From Bacteroidota bacterium (GTDB taxonomy: Bacteria > Bacteroidota > Bacteroidia > 2-12-FULL-35-15), in contig JBAXQU010000005.1 in assembly GCA_037131555.1 (NCBI GenBank), forward strand, positions 2,423-66,422: a stretch of 64,000 bases of DNA, read 5' to 3'. Shown one piece after another: positions 56,746-64,000 of the stretch. Below the pieces are notes generated by a model that ran no database searches, was not told where the DNA came from, and saw only the letters and a list, made by a program, of their open reading frames with translations. Numbering within the stretch: position 1 is the first letter of the stretch; each line of letters begins with the position of its first letter. The translations under genes and the position numbers were made by a program.

Positions 56746-56907
56746 TTTTACGTAATTAAATATTGCGAAAATTACACCATTCATCAACAGCATCGAATTT
56801 TTTCTTGGCAATAGTTTTAACAAGCTAAGGTTAATAACTTATTCGAACCTTAAAACTTACTGCATCTATCCTGACTAATTTTACACCATTGATACCTAAA
56901 CAACGCG

Positions 56908-59900
56908 ATGAATAAGATAAAGGCAATAGGAATACTAATGGGAATTTTTCTTTCCGTTATAGTTTCAGCACAAAAAACGAACATCTATACCCATAAGGAC
57001 CTTGAGTTTGAAAAGGGTATTGAGCTTTTTCAGAAGGAAAAGTACGGTGCTGCGCAAAAGAGTTTTATGAAAATAATGGAAGTTTACACCGACCCGCAAT
57101 CACTTGTTCGTATTGATGCTGAGTATTACCATGCAATCTGTGCAATCGAATTGTTCAACAAAGATGGAGAACTTTTTTTGAAGCAATTTGTGAAAAATCA
57201 TCCAGAGAGTGCAAAAGTAAAAGCTGCTTATTTTTATCTTGGAAAATACAATTACAGAAAGAAGAAGTATAAAGAAGTTCTCAATTGGTTCGAAAAGGTT
57301 GATGTTTATGATTTGACGAAAGATGAATTAGCGGAATACTATTTTAAGCGAGGGTATAGTTATTTTGTAGAGAATAAAATAGTAGAGGCGAAAAAGGATT
57401 TGAACGAAATAAAGGATATTGATAATAAGTATGCTTCATCTGCTAAGTATTATTATGCTCATATCGCTTATAGCGAAAAGAACTACGAAACCGCTTTGAA
57501 GGATTTCTTATTACTACAAAAGAATGAAACATTCGGGTCGGTAGTGCCATTTTATATCGCACAAATCTATTATTTACAAGGAAAGTATAACGATGTAATA
57601 AGTTATGCTCCCGCTCTTCTCGATTCAGTTAACACCAAACGAGCACCCGAAATTGCTAGGATACTCGGAGAGTCCTATTACCGTACATCGAGGTACAAAG
57701 AAGCAATTCCTTATTTAAAAAAGTATGAGAAGGCAGCCAATGGCTTGCAAAGACAAGACAATTACCAAATGGGATATGCTTATTACAAAACAAATGATTA
57801 TGTAAGTGCTGAAAGTTATTTTGTAAAAACAACAGATATTGACGATTCGTTAAGTCAAAATGCCAACTATCATATCGCAGATTGTTATTTGAAAGCCGAT
57901 AAAAAGCAAAATGCACTTACTGCTTTCGGGCGCGCATCTCGACTCAATTTTGATAAAGTTATACAAGAAGATGCACTGTACAACTATGCTAAGTTATGTT
58001 ATGAACTTTCATTTAACCCTTACAACGAAGCAATCAAAGCGTTTCAAAAGTACATTACTGATTATCCAAATTCGTCAAGAATCGATGAAGCGTATACTTA
58101 TTTAGTGAATGTTTTTATCACCACAAAGAGTTACAAAGAAGCTTTGGTTGCCATTGAGAATATTAAAACACTTACTCCAGAATTAAAGCAGGCCTACCAA
58201 AAGATTGCCTACTATCGAGGTGTTGAACTATTTAATAACTCAGAATTCGCTTCAGCAATTAAATCTTTCGAGCAATCGCAGAAATACAATTTTGATAAAA
58301 CGATACGAGCGAACGCTGTTTATTGGAAGGCTGAATCGTATTACAGAGATAAAAACTATCAAAAAGCAATTGACATTTATTCGGAGTACATTGCAGAGCC
58401 AGGATCTATAAGTCGTTCAGAATATAGCGATGCAAACTACAACATTGGATATGCCTACTACAAGTTAGATGATTGGAACAATAGCATTTTGTGGTTTCGA
58501 AAATTTGTAACATTCAAAACCAAAGCAGACGAGAAGAAAGTAAATGATGCGTTGAACAGAATTGGGGATGGTTATTTCATGACCCGCGATTACTCCAACG
58601 CTGTTGACTATTACGATCAGTCGTACAAGATGAAGTTAATAAATGCCGATTATGCTTTGTTCCAAAGGGCTTTGGCATATGGAGTTCAGAAAAAGTATTC
58701 GGAAAAAATTGCGGATTTGAAATTGTTTATCCAAACCTATTCGGGTACTAGTTCCACTTATGTTCAACGGGCAAAGTTTGAGCTTGCCAACACCTATATG
58801 TCCGACAACCAAACGGAGCTTGCTTTATCAGGCTTCAAAAAATTCACTGAAGATTATCCAAATAGCATATATGAAAATACTTGCTTGAGTAAAATTGGCC
58901 TCATCTATTACAATCAGAAAGATGATGAAAATGCCTTATCCTATTTTGATAGATTAATTAAAAGAGACCGTAAATCGCCTGACGCAAACACTGCTATTGA
59001 TATCGTCAAGAAAATATATACTTCTAAAGGCGATGTGCAGAAAATGGAAGAGTACTTGGGTTCTGTAGGAGCAACCATCCCTCAAGCAGCTCTAGATTCA
59101 ATAACATATAACATTGGCAAAACACATTACCTAGAGCAGGACTGCAATAACGTAATTAAGGATTTTGACAAGTATATTCAGAAATTTGCAAATGGAATAT
59201 TCGTGCTTCAAGCTAATTTTTATAAAGCGGAATGCGAATATAAAGTTGGAAATTCGGAAGCTGCTTTGGCTGGTTATACTTACGTGATAGGCCAAACGAA
59301 GAGTGAATTAACAGAACAATCATTAAGTAGAGCCTCAGATATTGTTTTTAAGAAGCAAAATTATACCCAAGCGTTAGATTATTATAAACAATTGGAACAA
59401 ATAGCCGAGAATGCTAAAAATAGTGCAGTTTCAAAGATAGGATTGATGAGATGCAATTACCAATTGAAACGGTACCCTGATGCTATCGCATATGCGAATA
59501 AAGTAATAAGTTTAGAAAAGCCGAATAACGAGTTGTTAAATGAGGCACACTTTGTTATTGCTTCTTCTGATTTAGCAACTGAAAAATATAAGGAGGCCTT
59601 AACAGAATATCAGTTGGTTGCGAATGCTTCGAAGAGTGAAAATGGAACGGAAGCGAAATACAATGTTGCATACATTCAATATCTGAAGAATGACTTTAAA
59701 CAGTCGCAGAAGACTATTTTCGATTTGATAAATGGGGAGGGAGACTTTCCATATTGGACTGATAAATCGATGATTTTGCTTGCTGATAATTACGTTGCTC
59801 TAAAGGATAATTTTCAGGCCAAGGCTACATTGAAGGGAATACTATCTGAATCGGACATTGCAGAGACAAAGAAATTGGCACAAGAAAAGCTAGATAAAAT

Positions 59901-60045
59901 ACTTGCTGCTGAAGAGGCTGAAAAACAACCGAAACCAATGAATGAACCTTTGAAAATTGAATTCGAAGGTAATTCTCCTCAACAAAATGATTTGTTTATA
60001 GAACCTCAGGTTATTAAGGATAGTATTGAAACGAAACAAGATTAG
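56908..60045 (+). CDS. Large tetratricopeptide-repeat (TPR) periplasmic protein
   Basis: 1045 aa. Signal peptide ...VIVSAQ, no lipobox Cys. Dozens of ..A.Y..A..Y......Y..A...F TPR-like units. Confidence 0.8.
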   Translation: MNKIKAIGILMGIFLSVIVSAQKTNIYTHKDLEFEKGIELFQKEKYGAAQKSFMKIMEVYTDPQSLVRIDAEYYHAICAIELFNKDGELFLKQFVKNHPESAKVKAAYFYLGKYNYRKKKYKEVLNWFEKVDVYDLTKDELAEYYFKRGYSYFVENKIVEAKKDLNEIKDIDNKYASSAKYYYAHIAYSEKNYETALKDFLLLQKNETFGSVVPFYIAQIYYLQGKYNDVISYAPALLDSVNTKRAPEIARILGESYYRTSRYKEAIPYLKKYEKAANGLQRQDNYQMGYAYYKTNDYVSAESYFVKTTDIDDSLSQNANYHIADCYLKADKKQNALTAFGRASRLNFDKVIQEDALYNYAKLCYELSFNPYNEAIKAFQKYITDYPNSSRIDEAYTYLVNVFITTKSYKEALVAIENIKTLTPELKQAYQKIAYYRGVELFNNSEFASAIKSFEQSQKYNFDKTIRANAVYWKAESYYRDKNYQKAIDIYSEYIAEPGSISRSEYSDANYNIGYAYYKLDDWNNSILWFRKFVTFKTKADEKKVNDALNRIGDGYFMTRDYSNAVDYYDQSYKMKLINADYALFQRALAYGVQKKYSEKIADLKLFIQTYSGTSSTYVQRAKFELANTYMSDNQTELALSGFKKFTEDYPNSIYENTCLSKIGLIYYNQKDDENALSYFDRLIKRDRKSPDANTAIDIVKKIYTSKGDVQKMEEYLGSVGATIPQAALDSITYNIGKTHYLEQDCNNVIKDFDKYIQKFANGIFVLQANFYKAECEYKVGNSEAALAGYTYVIGQTKSELTEQSLSRASDIVFKKQNYTQALDYYKQLEQIAENAKNSAVSKIGLMRCNYQLKRYPDAIAYANKVISLEKPNNELLNEAHFVIASSDLATEKYKEALTEYQLVANASKSENGTEAKYNVAYIQYLKNDFKQSQKTIFDLINGEGDFPYWTDKSMILLADNYVALKDNFQAKATLKGILSESDIAETKKLAQEKLDKILAAEEAEKQPKPMNEPLKIEFEGNSPQQNDLFIEPQVIKDSIETKQD

Positions 60046-60060
60046 TTTTAGAAAATTAAA

Positions 60061-61740
60061 ATGAGCACAATGCAAAAACATCTTTTAAAGATAGATATCG
60101 GAGTAGCATTATTCATGTCTTTCCTGTCAAATAATTCCTTTTCTCAAACAAGAAGTTTGGATTCTAATATTGTGATAAGTATTGGAGAATATAGACCAAC
60201 GGTTGCCGATGCAAATAAAATCAATGAGAATCCTTTTGTTGTTGATTCCACTCAAAAGCTTCCTGTGAAAGGTTATAGTATAAGTTCTCAGAAAATTAAT
60301 ACTGGATTTGACGTAACTCCTATTCCCGCGGCCCAAATGGTTGGTGAACCACTTACTAAGCTTTATAATGCCTTAGTAAAACTTGGATTCGGTAATTATA
60401 CAACTCCTTATGCAGAGGTTTGGTACAATAGCCTACGTTCTAAGGATTACGCATATGGTGTTAGAATCAAACATTTATCTTCTTCTGCTACTTTGAAAGA
60501 CTTCGGATTTTCTGGATTTAGTGATAATGAAATTAATTTGTACGGAAAGAAATTTTTGAAAGACCATACCTTGTTTGGGAATTTTGATTATGCACGAAAT
60601 GTGGTTCACTTTTATGGATACGATGCCAACCTTCAAGATTTGTCGAAAGATGCAACGGTACAGCGATTCAATTGCTTTTCCGCTAATGTCAACTTGTCGA
60701 GCCATTATACTAATGATTCTAGGTATAACCATGAGGTGAATTTGAATTATTATAATCTCACTGATTTGTACAAAGCTTCTGAAAATAATATTAAGGTAGC
60801 AGGGTTTGTGGGAACAAAAATAGAAAAGGAATATTTAAAAGTAAATGGACTTGTAAATTATTACAACTACAAAACAGCTAAGGATACATTTAATGACGTA
60901 ATTATTTCCATTAACCCCAATTTCAGTGCTTCATCCGAAAAGTATTCCGCAACAATAGGTATTAATGCTACCATGAACAAATTGGAAGAAACAAAGTATT
61001 ATTTCTATCCTAACTTTAATTTGACTTACAATGTCATTGATAACATCATCATTCCATATATAGGTGCTACCGGAGGTTTACATAAAAATAGTTATAAATT
61101 AATTACTGACGAAAACCCTTTTGTTCTTTCAGCGCTGAAGATGACGAACACTAACCAGAAGTATAAACTTTTTGGAGGTATAAAGGGAAATATTACCAAC
61201 ACTGTTTCCTATTCTACACAAGTTTCCTATGCGAGTATTGGTAATATGATGCTTTATGTGAATGATATGAAAGACTTACTTAGTAATAGATTTAATGTAA
61301 TCTATGATGATGCTGAAGAGTTGACTGCTCATGGTGAAGTAGCGTATCAATTGCGAGAAAAGTTGCGTTTCAGTTTGAGAGGAGATTACTATAACTACAA
61401 GATGAAAACAGAATTGCGCGCATGGTATACTCCACAAGTGAAATTTACCTTAACTGGCAACTATAATTTGTCTGACAAAATTGTTGCAAAAATTGAATTA
61501 TTTTATTTGGATAATCAATATTACAAGACAATTGAAAACGAAAATACAAGTAAACAATTAGTAGTGGCCAATCAGCTCAAATCGTTTTTAGATGCAAATA
61601 TTGGAGGAGAATATAGATACACAAAGAAACTAGGCTTCTTCATCAATATTAATAACATTGCAAACGTTCGTTATTATCGATATAGTAATTATCCTAGCCA
61701 ACGCTTCAGCGCGATGCTCGGCTTGAGTTATTCTTTTTAG
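60061..61740 (+). CDS. Outer-membrane beta-barrel protein (putative porin), 15 nt downstream of the TPR gene
   Basis: 559 aa. Signal-like N-terminus ...NNSFSQ, strand-like alternation and C-terminal ...AMLGLSYSF. Confidence 0.55.
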   Translation: MSTMQKHLLKIDIGVALFMSFLSNNSFSQTRSLDSNIVISIGEYRPTVADANKINENPFVVDSTQKLPVKGYSISSQKINTGFDVTPIPAAQMVGEPLTKLYNALVKLGFGNYTTPYAEVWYNSLRSKDYAYGVRIKHLSSSATLKDFGFSGFSDNEINLYGKKFLKDHTLFGNFDYARNVVHFYGYDANLQDLSKDATVQRFNCFSANVNLSSHYTNDSRYNHEVNLNYYNLTDLYKASENNIKVAGFVGTKIEKEYLKVNGLVNYYNYKTAKDTFNDVIISINPNFSASSEKYSATIGINATMNKLEETKYYFYPNFNLTYNVIDNIIIPYIGATGGLHKNSYKLITDENPFVLSALKMTNTNQKYKLFGGIKGNITNTVSYSTQVSYASIGNMMLYVNDMKDLLSNRFNVIYDDAEELTAHGEVAYQLREKLRFSLRGDYYNYKMKTELRAWYTPQVKFTLTGNYNLSDKIVAKIELFYLDNQYYKTIENENTSKQLVVANQLKSFLDANIGGEYRYTKKLGFFININNIANVRYYRYSNYPSQRFSAMLGLSYSF

Positions 61741-61802
61741 TTCTCCAGAAAAATATGAAATTTTGAAGTATTCGAATCTTCATTAATGTTAACGAAAATA
61801 AA

Positions 61803-63167
61803 CTAGGGGAATTTTACCCCATCGCATTCAACACAATTGGTTAAAGGAATGGCCGCTTGATATTTTGTATTAATAGCCTTTATGAATTCATTTGCTATTA
61901 GGGCGTATCCCTTTTGGTTTGGGTGATAGCCATCTAAACTAAAAAATCCACCTGTAACAAATTCTGCATTGAAACCTACACCATCCCAAGTAATTCCTTT
62001 TTTTACCGACTTCATAAATGATGAAATATCGGCCAAAGCAAAATCATATTGTGCAGCCTTCTGCGTAATGATTGAATTATAGGCACTAATTGCTTGGTCT
62101 ATTGTAAACACCTCGCTACTATCTAGGGCATAATAATCATTGATTAGGTTTTGGATTAAACCATATTTAAAACATTTCATGGAGTCTAAAGGCACCGACA
62201 AGGTGATGTATTCCCCACTGTGTAATTGGCGTAATCCTCCATTACTAACACTTGCATCGCGAATAATAAACCCATTGTTACCAGCATTAAAATGAATCTG
62301 CATATAACCAGCAATGTTATTCCAAACATCATTCAATGAATCGGCTTGTACTTGACTCATGTTTGCTGCATTCCAAGCAACCAATGTATAGTATGGGAAA
62401 TCTCTGAAATCGGGAATAGTTGCTAGTACTCCCTTTGCACCCTTTGCAGTCAACCCTCCAATTATAGAATCAAGTCGAGAACTTAATGTTGCAGCAGAAG
62501 GAATGGGAGCTCCTGCACCGCCACTACTGGCATAATTATAGATGTCCTCCATCCCAAGCCATGCTGTAATGAATGTTGCATTTTGAGCTTTCGCGTCAGA
62601 ATATAATGTTGAAACACCTGGATTGCTGGCTATGCGATTATAGTAAGGATTTCTATTCCCGGAAGAAAAACTCATTCCGAAACCAGGATTAAAATAATTA
62701 GCAGTACTTGCAAAAGGAATAGCGAGATTTTGAATACTATTGCCTGCTATTCCTGTTAAGTAAGGAGTGGCGTTCCCTATTGTAATAACTGTGTTTAAAG
62801 GATTCAATGAAGTCACATGTTGACAATCCGTTTTATAACCTAAATGGAAGGATGAGAAAAATGGCTGCCCCCAAGGAACTCCTCCAAGTCCTAAGCCACT
62901 TTCATCCGGCATCAAAGCTTGGTTAAAATTGGAGCCCCCAACTAATTTGAATTGTTCAGCAAGCAATGCAGGTATACTTAATCTTTGACCTTTTGCATAC
63001 AAGGCCCCATCTTGATAGCCTGTTAAGAAATCACCTCCTATTGCAATGGATTTCGAAAAGTTTGCATTTCCAGCTGATGGTTCAGGTACTTTTAACTCTG
63101 GGGTACATGAATATTGGAGAAACATTAAACTGAAAACAAACAAAGGAAGAATAAATTGTCTTTTCAT
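61803..63167 (-). CDS. SGNH/GDSL-type hydrolase lipoprotein
   Basis: 454 aa. Lipoprotein signal LQYSC. C-terminal SLDGYHPNQKGYALIANEFIKAIN is a block V DxxH-type motif. Confidence 0.55.
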   Translation of the reverse strand: MKRQFILPLFVFSLMFLQYSCTPELKVPEPSAGNANFSKSIAIGGDFLTGYQDGALYAKGQRLSIPALLAEQFKLVGGSNFNQALMPDESGLGLGGVPWGQPFFSSFHLGYKTDCQHVTSLNPLNTVITIGNATPYLTGIAGNSIQNLAIPFASTANYFNPGFGMSFSSGNRNPYYNRIASNPGVSTLYSDAKAQNATFITAWLGMEDIYNYASSGGAGAPIPSAATLSSRLDSIIGGLTAKGAKGVLATIPDFRDFPYYTLVAWNAANMSQVQADSLNDVWNNIAGYMQIHFNAGNNGFIIRDASVSNGGLRQLHSGEYITLSVPLDSMKCFKYGLIQNLINDYYALDSSEVFTIDQAISAYNSIITQKAAQYDFALADISSFMKSVKKGITWDGVGFNAEFVTGGFFSLDGYHPNQKGYALIANEFIKAINTKYQAAIPLTNCVECDGVKFP

Positions 63168-63178
63168 ACATCCAATAA

Positions 63179-63427
63179 TTATGCTGTTATCGTAACATTT
63201 ACTGCTTGTATTGCTTTTATTTCAGGCACCGCCCGTTTTATGCTTTCTTCTATGCCTGTCTTCAAAGTCATAACATTCATGGAGCACGATTTACATGCGC
63301 CAACCAATTCTAGTTTCACAATAAAATCAGAAGTTATCTCAAGCAATAAAACATCTCCTCCGTCTGCCTTTAAAAAGGGACGAATCTGATCAAGTGCTTC
63401 TTCTACTCTTCTTGTAATTGTTTCCAT
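63179..63427 (-). CDS. NifU-like C-terminal-domain Fe-S cluster protein
   Basis: 82 aa. LDQIRPFLKADGGDVLLLEI......V.L.GACKSCSMNVMTLK.GIE. Confidence 0.85.
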   Translation of the reverse strand: METITRRVEEALDQIRPFLKADGGDVLLLEITSDFIVKLELVGACKSCSMNVMTLKTGIEESIKRAVPEIKAIQAVNVTITA

Positions 63428-63463
63428 TTAATATCTAAAGTAAGTTTGGTTTTAGAAATTGCA

Positions 63464-64000
63464 CTATGAAAGTACAACCTCTCTTCTTGCATTCACTATG
63501 GATACTTGTTGCGCAATGTTTTTAGCCATTTCCATGAATGCTATTGCTTGAGGAGTGTTTTCCTGAAGAACTGCAGGACGCCCTGCATCACCTGATTCAC
63601 AAATGCTTTGAACAAGCGGAATTTCGCCCAATAAGGGAATGTTTAGCTTTTCGGCAAGTTTTTTAGCACCATCTTTTCCAAAGATATAATACTTGTTGTT
63701 TGGCAATTCGGCTGGAGTAAAGTAGGACATGTTCTCTACTATTCCCAATACGGGTACATCTATTTTAGGCATCATAAACATCGATACACCTTTTTGTGCA
63801 TCAGCCAATGCAACATTCTGAGGTGTGCTTACAATGACAACACCATTTACTTTTATGTCAGTAACCAACGAAAGTTGAATATCTCCTGTTCCTGGAGGTA
63901 AATCGATTATCATATAATCCAATTCTCCCCAATCGGCATCCGAAAATAATTGCATCAAAGCTTTTGCTGCCATTGGCCCTCTCCAAACAATTGCTTGTGC
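63464..64000 (-). CDS. Mrp/NBP35 (ApbC) family Fe-S cluster carrier ATPase; N-terminal part runs off the window end
   Basis: The track shows only 63464..63973, but the frame stays open to base 64000 (AQAIVWRGPMAAKALMQLF...). DYMIIDLPPGTGD and VENMSYF motifs. Confidence 0.9.
   Translation of the reverse strand, partial: AQAIVWRGPMAAKALMQLFSDADWGELDYMIIDLPPGTGDIQLSLVTDIKVNGVVIVSTPQNVALADAQKGVSMFMMPKIDVPVLGIVENMSYFTPAELPNNKYYIFGKDGAKKLAEKLNIPLLGEIPLVQSICESGDAGRPAVLQENTPQAIAFMEMAKNIAQQVSIVNARREVVLS

Noticed and set aside
1-64000. Mobile element, prophage or defence-island content
   Set aside because: I found no transposase, integrase, recombinase, phage structural, restriction-modification, toxin-antitoxin, Cas, reverse-transcriptase or nuclease/NTPase defence-type motifs in any frame I inspected. 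I saw no terminal inverted repeats bounding a block. The accessory character of the window comes from surface and cargo genes and repeats instead.

Overview
This 64-kb window reads as a chromosomal segment of a low-GC Bacteroidota genome. The evidence is six proteins with T9SS C-terminal sorting domains, a PorP/SprF gene, a GWxTD protein, and TAnnTTTG -7 boxes upstream of several genes. All family names come from my own motif recognition in the supplied translations; no database search was run.

I call 52 protein-coding genes, two of them cut by the window edges and absent or incomplete in the ORF track, plus one gene remnant. I found no rRNA, tRNA, CRISPR array, transposase, integrase, phage genes or recognisable defence genes.

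Gene content:
- Envelope glycan genes: WecA-like transferase, gmd, fcl, two GT-C-like membrane proteins, and a decayed GT2 next to DUF2304.
- A T9SS cargo-rich block at 5.4-26 kb. It contains a type-B cargo with its PorP/SprF partner and two tandem paralogous adhesin-like genes whose 3' ends are near-identical.
- A cluster of exported thioredoxin-fold proteins with an outer-membrane barrel.
- Housekeeping genes: gcvH, murB, ubiX, a ubiD-family gene, tatC, recQ, gpmI, rlmB, ftsE-like, NifU and Mrp.

The least explained signals are non-coding:
- At 27019-27398, about 18 units of a GGTGYAGGTT-like decamer sit in exact 21-bp register, arranged as two opposed blocks.
- At 44976-45695, a 720-bp divergent intergenic region is packed with short perfect palindromes and a 42-bp tandem repeat carrying TTTCC-N6-GGAAA. 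It lies between an unclassifiable 320-aa protein and a PAS-LuxR regulator.

Neither signal can be assigned a function from sequence alone. I cannot claim a defined novel system with confidence.
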